Shown: positions 13,830 to 28,560 of the stretch, one piece after another
How the letters are laid out: every line of letters begins with the position of its first letter
How positions within the stretch are numbered: position 1 is the stretch's first letter
Source: Octopus vulgaris
Lineage: Eukaryota
NCBI GenBank assembly: GCA_951406725.2
Contig: OX597833.1
Span: 73,470,001-73,534,000 of the forward strand
Direction of reading: 5' to 3'
Length of the DNA: 64,000 nucleotides
Notes under the pieces: model-generated
Database searches by the model: none
What the model saw: the letters and a program-made list of their open reading frames with translations, nothing else
Told to the model about the DNA's origin: nothing
Program-made: the position numbers and the translations under genes

Positions 13830-13966
13830 AACGTAGAGCTGCCGTTAGGACAGCGGAAATTCTGGGAAAATTACCCTTAAAAGGCGAAAAAACTTGTCAA
13901 CAATGATTCCGCCTTTTAAGGGTAATTTTCCCAGTATTTTCGCTGTTCTAACGGCAGCTCTACGTT
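13830..13966. repeat. Inverted repeat, ~57-bp arms, MITE-like
   Basis: AACGTAGAGCTGCCGTTAG...CCCTTAAAAGGCG / CGCCTTTTAAGGG...CTAACGGCAGCTCTACGTT. Confidence 0.85.
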
Positions 13967-16338
13967 TGAAAAAATATAATCTTCTTATTTGTATTATAGA
14001 TGTGTGTGTGTGTGTGAGAGAGAGAGAGAGGGGGGGGTGAGGAGAGAGATATGGAGAAGTTAATAATAGCTCAGTCGAAGACTGATACTGAGATGCAGAA
14101 GCGGCGAGGAGTGGGGAGTTATCTGCAGAGTGAGAAAGTCTTCGCTTGCATCAGAGCCAACTTCTCAAAATGCAAATACGGGTGGCGGGGCAGCTAGTAT
14201 TGTGAGAGTGGGTATAGCGTTTTAACTCTAGCATGGTTTTACGGTTAAGAATGTGTATGCAGGTACGTGTGTTTGTGCTTGTGTGTGCGTGCGTGCGAGC
14301 TAGCGTGGCTGAGTGCATATTCTCTGTTTTGATACATGAGCGCAGAATGCCAGCAACAAATCACTGTTAATACAAACGGTGTCGTTTTGTTTGCAATCCT
14401 TCACGAACGCACGTCTAAGCTGTTCGGGTTCGATAGAACAAGGGGAAACTTGTGGAAGATATCCTTTAGTTGGTAGAGCATCCGTCTTCCAAACTCTTCG
14501 ACCAAAACCGTTCCAACATGAAAAATAGGCGTTAAACGAACCCAGAAACTAAAAACAATAGCAGTCTATCCGCTATATTTCCACACAGTTCCCGTCAATC
14601 AGATTCCATTAACGGGGCTGATACAAGACTATCGCAGAAGACACTTTCCATGGTACCATGCTGGGGTCTAAAGTTTCAAGATGCAAAACAAACAAATGTT
14701 TCGCTGGTGTTGATATATATAATCAAAATAATATTTCCTGTTGCTGTTGATGACATAATCCCATTTATTTAGTAAATTGTTGATCCCTTTGTAGTAAAAT
14801 TCTTCAGGTTTCGAAGCAGAAGAGTGCCCGGAATAATTTTTAGCCTCTGCACAAGAAATAAACTGTTTTCTCTATAAATAATTTTGCAATGATCTGAAAT
14901 GGAGCAAGGTCAGGAGAATAAAGAGGATAAGGCAAATCTTCCGCTTTTAGTACCATAATCTTTTACTGAGTGTCTTGATCGATGATAGCTGCTCTGACAT
15001 TACCATATAAGGGTAACGTCCTTTTATGTTTTCTTGTTTTTGCACATTTTTGTGTAACGCTTCCAACTGACGACAACACTGCTCTGTTTCGTTTTGGTTT
15101 AACACTGATAGATAACACCCTACACATCCCACCAAACAGAGAGCAAAACTTTTCTTGGAGATGTATTCTCTTTTCTTATTGGGTGCTAATCATTGTCATT
15201 TTCGTTGAATGTGGTTATAGAGAACGTACTTTCCATCACTTGCGATAATTCTACTCCGGAAAGGTTCGGTAGCAAGCCTATTCTTCATTGAGTAAAGGGC
15301 AACTTTTTGAGCTAAAAAGCAATCAGATGATGTGGGACCCAAAGACCAAGCTTAGAACACTTTTCCTAGATCATGAATGTATTTTATGATCGAATTGTCA
15401 ATTGAACTATTTTGCTAATCCTCGTGCAGTTTGCTTGCATTTTTCTCCACAACGATTTTCAGAAGTTCAGTATTGACAGAACTTGGTCATTCAGATCGAT
15501 TCCTTATTCGTGGAAGTCAGCAATATTCAATCAGTATTGTTGTATATGCATGATACTGCCATACTGATGAGAAGTGTCGTTGAAGCAAAACGCATTGAGC
15601 GTGGTCGATAATGTTTATTTAATTTGAGGGAGAAAGGCAGGATAAGTGACCTTTGCAGGTCATTCGATCCTTCTGGACGTGGGGAAATCGAGCTATTTTC
15701 AGGCCGGTTTTTTGGCTCCAGTTACATACAACAGAATGGAAGGGTCTCTAAGGGTCCTTAACAGCTAGCTGGAGATGTAAAACCGTATAAGGATTAGGTT
15801 CACCGTTTGTGTAGTAGGATGGACTTTTCTGCAGTTTCTCTCAACCCACTTTCACCGACCGATAAGACTTCAATTAATCCCTTGGCTACAGTAGATAATA
15901 CTTGCTTATGGTGTAAAGCATCATGACAGAGCATGGAACCAAGTGATTGGGAATGTAACTTCTAAACCATACAGCCATATCTATAGCCATAAGTCCTGTT
16001 GACGTCTGTGGACTCTGTCTTTACGATCAATCTATCTTCAATTTACACCCTACATCAACTCTGCGGTCTAACGTCCATTCAAAAACCTAAACTCCATTCC
16101 TGCCCTGGCTGCCTTTAAAAAAGAGAACAAAGACAAATTGTACAATGCGGTTCTTGGTCTCACTGACCGAGAATTAAGATGGGGTGTTCACGACTAAAGC
16201 ATTATTTGTCATAGGGTTGCTACACGATCAAAGTTGACACGGGGCTAAAAAAATTATTATATCGTTTATTGACAATAAATTATTCTCTTGGTTAATATTT
16301 TTTACTCAAATCACTCAGCTGTATTCTAATTATTTCAG

Positions 16339-16346
16339 ATAAATAA
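16339..16346 (+). CDS. Possible terminal PDE9 exon (codes ..NK-stop, then 3' UTR)
   Basis: ctaattatttcag acceptor; a phase-1 join gives AAT AAA TAA. This rests only on splice-site and phase compatibility. Confidence 0.3.
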
Positions 16347-16547
16347 ACCAAAGCGTTTGCTGGCTGTGATATTTGGTTGACCAAGATACCACAGATTGTT
16401 TAGTAGGTACTCTGAGAAAAAAAAATGGACCAAATAGATGAGAGAACGAAAGAAACACAGTAAGAGAAAGACACTGAAAGATGTTTGTCACTGCAAACTA
16501 CAACAAGAAGTACAGCAACAACATTTTAAGACTACTTATTTTTCATT

Positions 16548-16610
<63 letters not shown>

Positions 16611-17695
16611 ATATCGCAAGAACAGCACTAATAGCAGCGCCAAATGAAAGAACTAAATTTTTTATAGGAATAAAAGGAATTTAGAATAAGTTGCGTAGCC
16701 TTAAACTATCTACTTGAAACACGAAAAATATTAGGATCTCTCTACGCACCATCGCATCACTAGACTAAAATACAATGTCTGAAGTGTGTACTAGAGAAAA
16801 TGATGCTCTACCTCCATTACACTACATTGCATAACACTAAACTCTTCTGTTCTACACTTCAAAACACCTCAGTACCTTTGCACTACATTAAACTAGCATG
16901 CACTGCACGAGTACACTGCATCCTAGAAAAACCACTTCACTTATTGCATAGAAAAACTGATTAACATCTCAAACATGTTCACCGTGCTCGACTAGCCATG
17001 CCAAAATTTCGCTTCTTCCAGTACAAAATGATAGTGATGTAGGTAGTGTAAGCAATAAAGCTTTGTTTAATTAATTTTCGGGTTCTCTGTTTGTAAATCA
17101 ACAATTCCCGTGGTGTCATGAATTTAGTAACGAACCGCTGAAAAATATTTTGCAAATGTGTATTTGTGTGTAAAACTGCCGCTACTCAGATTATCTACGT
17201 CACTTCCGTTTTGTACTGGAGGTGAAGGTCGGCCACATCGACTCTTCAAGGTGAACGTGTCTGAAAGGTTAACCAAGAAATATAGAGAGTTACATAGATC
17301 TGTCAAACATTATAAAACCCCATAGAAAATGCACAGAGATTGCACTATGTTAACTACGTAGAACTATATAGTAACTATTTTGCAATACATACATAGCTCT
17401 ATAGAAATAGGTAACTGTGAAGAACTACGTAGATAATTATGTGGAAATACAGAGTAAACTATCCAGAATTACACAGAAACTAAAGAAATGTCTACATTCC
17501 GTAGAAAACTGCATACAAATGGCACATCACTGGCTGGAAAACTTAAAAAAACTACGGAAACCATACAGAGCTGCGAAGCTGCCCGTATGGAACTCTATGG
17601 AAAGTATACTGTACTAAATAAAAGATGCCTAAAACTACACTTAAAAATGCGTAGAAAACACAATAGAGTCACACTCCAGCATTTCAACCCTCTCT

Positions 17696-17751
<56 letters not shown>

Positions 17752-17875
17752 CTATCTCATGAAAAATATTTACAAGATAATCAACAACATTGGCATGTTT
17801 TGGACTGATTTGTTGGTTGTCAGAATCATTTTGTTATAAAAATACACATTATACAACTAAAGTTTCGTTTATGCC

Positions 17876-17973
<98 letters not shown>

Positions 17974-18179
17974 TGAAGCACTCTTGTTGAGAATACTATT
18001 AGTTTTTGAAAAGTTTCAAAATATTATATGCATGAGGGCATGTGTATTATGTGTGTGTGAAAGGGAGAGAGATAGAGAGTGTATGTGTGTGTTTGTGTAT
18101 ATACGTGTAAGAATATTATATGTATTATGATGGATGCATAAATATACTCAAATATTTCTGTGTACAGACACACACATAC

Positions 18180-18247
<68 letters not shown>

Positions 18248-18265
18248 TGTATACATGTATATATA

Positions 18266-18633
18266 TATAATATTAGAGAGTATGGCTCCAAACTTACAGG
18301 GAAAAATTAGATTTAGTATTAAATCAAATTTCACAGTATAAATATATAAAATATCAATTAGAGATAAAACCACTATTAGGCAACTCAAACAGTGATAGAC
18401 ATAAACCAATACATAAATAACAAATAATACAAACATATATATATATATATTTATTATATATTAATTATATTTGTATTATTTGTTATTTATGTATTAGTTA
18501 TGTCTATCACTTTTGAGTTGCCTAATAGTTGCCTAATCTCTAATTCATATTTTATATATAAATATATATAATATTAGGGAGTATAACTCCAAACTTACAA
18601 GGAAAAATTCAATTTAGTATTAAATCAAATTTC

Positions 18634-18640
<7 letters not shown>
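18266..18640. repeat. Compound repeat: ~70-bp direct repeats enclosing ~85-bp inverted repeats around (TA)n
   Basis: ATATTAG.GAGTAT..CTCCAAACTTACA..AAATTTCACA occurs at ~18268 and ~18570. ATTAGGCAACTCAAA...AATACAAA is inverted at ~18465-18550. Confidence 0.75.
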
Positions 18641-18690
<50 letters not shown>

Positions 18691-18693
<3 letters not shown>

Positions 18694-18878
18694 TTTTTGC
18701 GTAATGAGATAAAAAAAACCAAGGCTGTGTAGATATTAGAACATTTATTAATAGAAGGTTTTACAGCTGTTTCCAGGATATAATTAACAAATATCCTGGA
18801 AACAGCTGTAAGACCTTCTATCTATAAATGTTCTAATATCTACACAGCCTTGGTTTTTTATCTTATTGTGCAAAAATT
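18691..18878. repeat. Fold-back palindrome of a PLE-like terminus centred on hammerhead helix II
   Basis: The arms mirror around CAGGATAT-aattaacaa-ATATCCTG, followed by GAAA-CAGCTG-TA-AGACC. (TA)n flanks it, and the tail extends to ~19025. Confidence 0.85.
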
Positions 18879-19073
18879 CTTATATACACACGCTGACATA
18901 TGACCAACGTTGAACCCCTTATTCGCAAAGTCACCGAACTTGGAACTTAACTATGGTCTATCTATATCACTTATTCAGCATTACTTGATACCTTTGGGTC
19001 TCAATGACACCATTACCTCTTATAACCTATATATATATATAAGTATAAGTATATATAGGTATATATATATATA

Positions 19074-19362
19074 TATTAGAAGAAGAAATGAGGTAATCAG
19101 AAGATCGGATGGTTTATATTTACAGATATTTATTTATGTATTACACTTTTTACATATATATCATATCACTTAGATCATTAGCGCTTTCTCCCATTCTAGT
19201 GGGGTTTTCAAATCAAAATCATTTTGATTTGAAAACCCCACTAGAATGGGAGAAAGCGCTAATGATCTAAGTGATATGATATATATGTAAAAATGTAATA
19301 TATAAATAAATATCTGTAAATATAAACCATCCGATCTTCTGATTACCTCATTTCTTCTAATA
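19074..19362. repeat. Near-perfect palindrome (~140-bp arms, apex 19220) between (TA)n tracts, containing an HHR-like motif
   Basis: The arms are reverse complementary. The right arm reads TTGAAAA-CCCCACTAGAATGGGA-GAAA-GCGC-TA. Confidence 0.85.
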
Positions 19363-19422
19363 TATAATACCTGTACATCATCTCCAAACTTTCCAATATA
19401 TATATATATATATATATTTATT

Positions 19423-19461
<39 letters not shown>

Positions 19462-19516
19462 ATATTTATATATATATATATATAAAATTAAGTATATATA
19501 GGTATATATATGTGTG

Positions 19517-19571
<55 letters not shown>

Positions 19572-19622
19572 ATGCACGTATGTATGTACGTATGTATGTA
19601 TGTATGTATGTGTGTATGTATA

Positions 19623-20435
19623 AAGGGTGCGGTGAATAAACTGTCCTCTAAATTATGCAGAAATGAAAATAACACTGATATCTCATTTTAACAGACATAT
19701 TTACTAAAATTACATAAAAATATCTTGAAATACTAAAGAGCAAATTTATTCAATAAAATCACCATTGGCTTCAACCACGGCCCCCAGATGACTTCGGAAT
19801 CTCCTGCAACTCTTTTGAGCGGTCTGCTTGTTTACGTTGGTGAATGCAACCATAATCCTTGCCTTCAGTTCACTTTTGGTGCTACAAGGAGTTTTGCTGG
19901 TCTCTCGCTCAACTGCACCCCACAAATGATAATCAAAGGGGTTGCGGTCTGGGGAGTTAGGTGGTCAGTTGTTAGGAGTGATGTGGTCGCTGAAATTGTT
20001 TGACAGTCATGAATGGGTTCTCCTGCTTATGTGACATGGTGCAGAGTCCTTACAGGCATAGAGCCTTCCAGCAACCACTCTCTTGACCCAGGACAGCACT
20101 ACCTCCTCCAGGCACTTGATGTAGGCTTCCGTGTTGAGTCAGATGCCATGTAAGAAGATGAATGAAGGCATAACGTTGCCATCATTAGTGATCACTCCAA
20201 ACACCATGATGTTGACTGATGTTCGTACTGAAGCTTCCCGCGTGAATGCCAAGCAGTATAGCATGTCGTTTCCAAATTTTTGGCTGAGTGGATTGCATCA
20301 TGATCTTGTTTTTCTCACAGGCGGTGCCCAACCGACTCTACAATACTGTGTAGTCGACAAAATCAAAAACAAACAATACGCATAGGCTAAATTAAAAATA
20401 CAAAATGGCGATAATTTAACCGTCGCATCCTGTGC
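19623..20435 (-). mobile_element. Internally deleted Tc1/mariner-superfamily element
   Basis: Imperfect TIRs AGGGTGCGGTGAATAAACTGTC / GATAATTTAACCGTCGCATCCTG. The minus strand reads in part as MVFGVITNDGNVMP and PHTATPLI-like transposase remnants, related to 3420-4000. Confidence 0.55.
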
Positions 20436-20445
20436 GATATATATA

Positions 20446-21543
20446 TCTTATATATAAATGGCAATTTCTGTCTGTCTGCTGTCTATCTGTCTGTCTGTTA
20501 CCATCTTGCTGCCTACACCAGCAAACCAATCCTGAAACTTTGCATATATGTTAAGCCAACATCCAGTTGCATTTCAATAAAATCTATATTTTTCACCCTA
20601 CTTGGGGCTGTAGCACGTGTTTACAAATCAATAACACATTTGCTGATATGAATTAAGTAAGGCTTCTGTAAGGCTCAACCATGCACTCTTTCAAGTAAAC
20701 AACGTGCAAGCTTTGTGAGAACTCCTCAGTTTTCCAAAAGGAAAACAATAGCTTTGAAGTACAAGAATGCGAAGCTACCGCGAAAGCGAGCAAAGTTTAG
20801 CTCTAAAACTGCACGCAGATGACAAATGCGGCGAAGACATTTACAGATATGCCATGCTCATGGAAAGATTGATTTTTTTTAAGAAGTTTAATCGATTAGA
20901 GTGGGTAAAGAATTTAAGTAATCTGGTCTTTGATTATCCTATTGTATAGCCCTACAAGTTTTGTTTCATATTTTATGTACAATTATCTATTTGTAAATAT
21001 ATATGTAAATCTATTTGTAAATTTGCTTGTCAATATATTTGTAAATCTATCTATTTATGTAATTTATATTACTCAGATATTTGTTTGTTAAAATGATATA
21101 GGGGCATTCCTTATTCACCCACTAATCGAATTAATAGTTTGTAATACCTATTTTTAGCAATAAACTAATATCATAAGCGACAGGTGAACAGAAAACGGGA
21201 TAGGACATGGAACAGTGTAATTGTAAATAAGAACTGGGGATGACCCCGCTTCCCCAGAATCACCTGTCAACACATTTATTTTACGCAGCTGCGTATTCGT
21301 TTGTTCAAATATGACATTCCTTATTCACCCACTAATCATATTAATAGTTTGTAATATTTATTTTTAGCAATAAACTATTGCCATAAAGGTTGATAAAATA
21401 TTTTTTGGCTTAATTTCATTAATTTATATATTGACATAGTGTTGGAGATAGGAATGGAAGTAGAACTAAAATGAGAACTGAACAGGGAACGGAAACTGGA
21501 AATAACCCCGCTTTTCCGGGTATTACGGGATAATTCAGCTGGT
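20446..21543 (+). mobile_element. Non-autonomous Helitron-like element
   Basis: 5' TCTTATATATAAATGG...(CTGT)n; 3' GC-rich hairpin-like CCGGGTATTACGGG followed by CAGCTGGT (degenerate CTAG). An internal ~70-bp direct repeat lies at 21105/21315. Confidence 0.5.
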
Positions 21544-22436
21544 ATTCTCTTATTCTTTACTTGTTTCAGTCATTTGACTGCGACTATGCTGAGCACCGAC
21601 TTTGGTCGAACAAAGTTACCCAAGGACTTATTCTTTGTAAGCTTTATTCTATCATTCCCTTTTGCGACAAACACAGACACACAGACACACACACACACAC
21701 ATATATATATATGTATATACGACGGGCTTCTTTCAGTTTCCACCTACCAAATCAACTCACAAGACTTTGGTCGGCCCGAGGCTACAATAGAAGACACTTG
21801 CCCAAAGCGCCACACAGTGAGTCTGAACTCGGAACCATGTGGTTTGGAAGTGAGCTTCTTACCACACAGCAACTTCTAGTTTATATATATATATAAATAA
21901 TTTTAAAATAGGATAATATCTTTATAAGAATTTATCAAGTAGTTAGCGTGAAAAAACTGATAAGAGAAAAATCCACCAATTTTTTCTCTTAAATATATTT
22001 ATTTATATTATATAGAAGGCATTACCATTCATAAATGCCACACGCTATGGGGGGACTCTTAAAGTCAAAACTACCAAAATAATTAAACACATCGTACCGA
22101 GTGCGAGGGAATGCAAATCTCGAAACAAGCCACTTCAAAAAAGAATTCAGCTGCAAATCACATGATTTCATAATTGGTACAGAAATGCACTTTTTAATCA
22201 TCAGTGCAAGCATAATTCAAGATTTATAACGAATGAAGAAAAATCAACATACCAGACGAACAACCAATGTATCTAACGTAGCATATAGAAATGTTCTATA
22301 TATATACTCCGGTTAAATTTACAATTTAAAAATAGGATAAAATCTTTATAAGAATTTATCAAGTAGTTAGCGTGAAATGCAGTTCGAAAGAGCCCGCCAT
22401 TTACATAGATGTATGAAGGTTGAACATATGCATATA

Positions 22437-22496
<60 letters not shown>

Positions 22497-22498
22497 AT

Positions 22499-22781
22499 AA
22501 ACAATTGCAGCGTGGAAGGTGTTTGTAAGCCATTTAAGAAACACACAAAAGCCGTTCAATTCACTTCAACATTTAATTTGTCAAAATATTTTTGTCGCTA
22601 TAAGACCGCGACCTGTTCACTGACAAAAATCCGTGCAGCACGGATTTTTGTCAGTGAACAGGTCGCGGTCTTATAGCGACGAAAATATTTTGACATATTA
22701 AACTTAAATGTTGAAGTGAATCGAACGGCTTTTGTGTGTTTCTTAAATGGCTTACAAACACCTTCCACGCTGCAATTGTTT
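22499..22781. repeat. Palindrome (~140-bp arms, apex 22637) between (TA)n tracts, containing a variant-core HHR motif (22649-22695)
   Basis: The arms are reverse complementary. The right arm reads TGTCA-GTGAACA-G-GTCGC ggtcttata GCGAC-GAAA-ATAT-TT-TGACA. Confidence 0.88.
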
Positions 22782-22835
22782 CCGTTCCAGCACACGATCT
22801 CAGATCAAATCACTTGCTATGCGAGTACATCTCCG

Positions 22836-22895
<60 letters not shown>

Positions 22896-23556
22896 GCTGC
22901 CCTTGGTCGATTATTTTTCCCAAATCTGACATTTTTTTATAAATTAGAAAAATGAATAGAATCTTGTCTTCACAAAATAAAATGAGGAACAAATTAGTTA
23001 CTCAGTTTAAAACATCACTAAACAGTTATGCCCGGAAATATACCAACAGTTATACCAACAAAATAGAGGCGATTTTCGATCTATCAGCCTTTTATATGAC
23101 AAATATATCTATCCGGAGAATAAGAAATCGGTGTCATGTCAAAAAGTCAACCCTCAACAAGCAGACCCGTCTCCTATTGTCACCGTCAATGCTTTAATGA
23201 AAAGCTATATCTCATGCTGGGTTTTTGTCCGGTACAAGAAGGACCGCGTTACCCAGGGAGGAACCAGATTGGTGTCGGAAAATCTGCTGCTAGAACATAG
23301 CCCTAATCCTAGACCTGTAGTGACACCACAAAAAACTACACCTAAAGCAAAAAGCATAAAATGGACTAGAGAGGATTATAGAGACGTGTTGAAAGCTTCC
23401 TCTACTGCCCAACTAAACACAAACAATATTCTACTTCTGCTACTTCCTCTCCCCAAGTTTTCGGTCCTAGTATAGAGCTCTTATATTTCGCTCGCCCTAG
23501 GACGCTGGGTGTGTCTCTGCAAGTGGCTAGTACAAAATGCAGATTAAAAGTAAATA

Positions 23557-24422
23557 ATAACAAGAGGACTCTGTCAAGTGCAACACCAACGTCCTATCAA
23601 CGGTCAGCCAGAGATAATTTTTTAAATGAGAATATCAAAAATTAAGTAAAAAACAAACGAAAAAATAATCCAGAATCCTTGTCCGGTACCTGATCGATCC
23701 CAATGGTAGTCATGGGATGTGAAGGTGGGCGTGCGGGCCGTGTTTGTAATCCACTGATATGGTGTCTTTACAACCATTAAGGTCTATAGTGAAAAAATTA
23801 TCGTGCGTGAAAGAAAACGGAAAGGACCTAGGTTCAACAATATCGGTGGGCACAAAAAGCCCGAGCTAGAAATGCAATTGTCAAATAGGTAAGAAGTTTT
23901 AAACAGGAGTAATATATTCAAAATTGGTAAAACTAAAAATTGTCGAGGAAAAATTGAAATTATTATTGTTACTGAATATGTTAGTGTTATTTAATTTCTG
24001 AACGGTTTCGCTGCCGTTTGTTTATGTAGTTTGATTTCTTTATTCATCAGTTTCTACTAAGATAGAAATACGAGTAAAATCAATAATAGAGAAACGAAAA
24101 AAAACTTTGGAAACAGCAACGCGTCCATAGCTTACGTGGAAACCATGAGCGTGCTTTCAAGGGAGATAATCAGAGAAAGACTCGGAAGTCTGTAAGATGG
24201 CAATACTTCATATAAAGTAAAGTGAATATAACAAATAAGCCAGAATCTTTGCCCGATACCGGATCGATCTCAAAATCTAATCAGTTCGTGCCAGTCACAA
24301 GGCCAAACATCCCTGAAAGTTTCATTCGAACCCATCCAGCGGCTCTTGAGATATCTTGTCCACGGACAAACAAACGAACAAGACTGAAAATAATACCTCC
24401 GCATTCGCTAAGGCAGAAGATA
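23557..24422 (+). mobile_element. Helentron-associated (DINE-1/HINE-like) non-autonomous element
   Basis: Starts AACAAGAG and has an internal duplicated core CCAGAATC.TTG.CCG.TACC.GATCGATC. A GACAAACAAAC tract precedes the 3' hairpin TACCTCCGC...GGCAGAAGATAA. Confidence 0.45.
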
Positions 24423-26180
<1,758 letters not shown>

Positions 26181-26316
26181 ATGTTAATTTAACATAATTC
26201 CTCTTTAATATTAGGATAATTATTATAGAGACTTAGCAAATAAATATTCCGGTGAAAAGATGCAGGTTGAATGGTTGGTGAGAAGAAATGATTAACTGTT
26301 TCTGGTTACTGTATTC

Positions 26317-26319
<3 letters not shown>

Positions 26320-26348
<29 letters not shown>

Positions 26349-26845
26349 GTGTATGTATGTATGTATGTATATGTGTGTATGTATGTATGTATGTATGTAT
26401 GTGTGTATGTATGTATGTATGTATGTATGTATGTATGTATGTATGTATGTATGTATGTATGTATGTATGTATGTGTGTATGTATGTCTGTATGTATGTAT
26501 GTATGTATGTATGTATGTGTGTATGTATGTATGTATGTATGTATGTATGTATGTATGTATGTATGTATGTTTGTTTGTATGTATGTATGTATGTATGTAT
26601 GTATGTATGTATGTATGTATGTATGTATGTATGTATGTTTGTATGTATGTATGTCTGTATGTATGTATGTATGTATGTATGTATGTATGTATGTATGTAT
26701 GTATGTATGTGTATGTATGTATGTATGTATGTATGTATGTATGTCTGTATGTATGTATGTATGTATGTATGTATGTATGTATGTATGTATGTATGTATGT
26801 ATGTATGTATGTATGTATGTATGTATATATGTATGTATGTATGTA
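26320..26845. repeat. (TGTA)n microsatellite; similar arrays at 12460-12730 and 28573-28750
   Basis: Direct inspection. Confidence 0.95.
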
Positions 26846-26849
26846 TTCT

Positions 26850-27981
26850 TGTTATTGTCCAGTTTTATTTCAAGATTTCTTGCTAATAAAGAAAGAGTTG
26901 GTTTCTAACCTAGATTAAAGGCTCCTTCATTGGAATTTCAACATCAACATAAGGGTATTTTGTATGTATGTATGTTTGTATACGTGCAGATTTGTATGTT
27001 TTGCTTTATGTATGCATTTTCATGCATATAGTTGCATATCTAGAGATGCTCATATATCAAATAATAAACTTCAGGAAAGTTTTACAGATTTTTACAGTTC
27101 CAGTGATGGATTGGATCAGTAGTCTTTGAATTAGCTTTCTCCTTTCTGGTTTTGAGAAGCCTAATTTCTCAAGATTGGTATTTAGGCCATGTATTACATA
27201 TCCCAGGGCCCCAATAATTACAGGTATAAACCTGAACTTGTAATCTGGATAGTGTAACTGCAGATTTCTCAATAGTTCAGTATAAGTATTCTCTTTTTCA
27301 TTGATCTTCGGCTTTATAACATCCACTGAGCAGCTAATTTCCACAACTGTGCACATTCTCTCTTCTCTATTCCAAATCATTATATCAAGTCTTTTGTGCT
27401 TATACTTTATTGAGGTCTTCACTGGGACATTTCACCAGTACTCTTTTTTATTATGACTGGCTGTGGCTTCTTGTCCTCATGGTTATCTTTCCAACATGTT
27501 TCATTATAGAGTGTCCTAGCTACAACATCATGTCTCATCGGTAGATAATACTATGATGACATTTTCAGACAACTGCTTATGATGTGTGTGATATCTTCAG
27601 TGTGAACTCCTCAAAGTCTGCATCGGTTGTCACATTTTACGGCTTTTCCTGTATCTCTGTTCCTTTTGTGCATCAGGTACTTGGTTGATATTTCCTGTTC
27701 CTGGATTGCAAACGCATACTCTTCAAAGTAGGTGGTAATAATCCGGCTATTGGCCCATGATAAACTGCTTTGATGATCGATGTTACTATCATCACGGAGC
27801 TTTCTACTGACATATTCGTGTATAGTCTTCTGCTCATCCTTTCCTCTGATGATGCATTGCAGTAGAGTTGTGCGTCTTCTTTGGGCATGTATTCTAGGTT
27901 ATCAGACAAAGAATGTTACTCAAGGAGCTGCCTTCCAAGTTTTATGATGTGTGTGTGTGTGTCTTTCTGTCTGTGCACGTG

Positions 27982-28033
<52 letters not shown>

Positions 28034-28560
28034 TGTAAGTATGTATGTATGTATGTATCTTGGCTACTGCATTTTCAAACTCCTTATCAATGGTCCATAG
28101 ATGTGCTCTTTCTCTTGTATTTTTCTAACTACATTCATGTCCAAGGGGCAACTGATTTCCACACCAGAAGAGGGTCTTTTCTTTGTAGTCTCACACAACA
28201 ATATTTAGCCAGTTGTCTTTTTGGTGACTGTTTTAATTTTCAAATTCCACCAATATTCTTTTGAACCATTGGTCTCAATATGGTCAACTTCATTTGTGGG
28301 TATTCTCTTTTTTGTTAATCCTATTCCAGACCACTCTGACCAATCTATCACGCCTCATGCTTTGTGGGAAGATAATACCTGCAAGACATTCTCTCACAGT
28401 TGGCAATAATGTGGCTGATGTGTTCAGTCCTGGTTTTGCAGAGCCTACATTTGTTGTCTGCCAATGTTTTCTGCCTTTTATGCTGGAGGTTATAGGTGGG
28501 GATCTCTTGTTCTTGGGTTGCATGGAGGTAGATTCAAAGTGGGATGTCATAAACTAGTTG
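26850..28560 (-). mobile_element. R4-like (restriction-like endonuclease) non-LTR retrotransposon fragment bounded by (TACA)n arrays
   Basis: The minus ORF 27057-27422 reads KHKRLDIMIWNREERMCTVVEISC...IPVIIGALG, with AIQEQEI and CRL..EDITHIISSC upstream. Confidence 0.75.

Noticed and set aside
15560-15610. CTGATGA...AAAACGCATT as a hammerhead
   Set aside because: The helices cannot be formed convincingly.
17300-17808. ORFs 17417-17617 and 17488-17808
   Set aside because: Degenerate AGAAAACTAC-like low-complexity sequence with no domain motifs or splice support.
26288-26918. Long ORFs of [16 protein letters not shown] type (also 11-289, 7101-7352, 12173-13109, 28464-28825)
   Set aside because: They are translations of (TGTA)n, (TA)n and (CA)n microsatellites.
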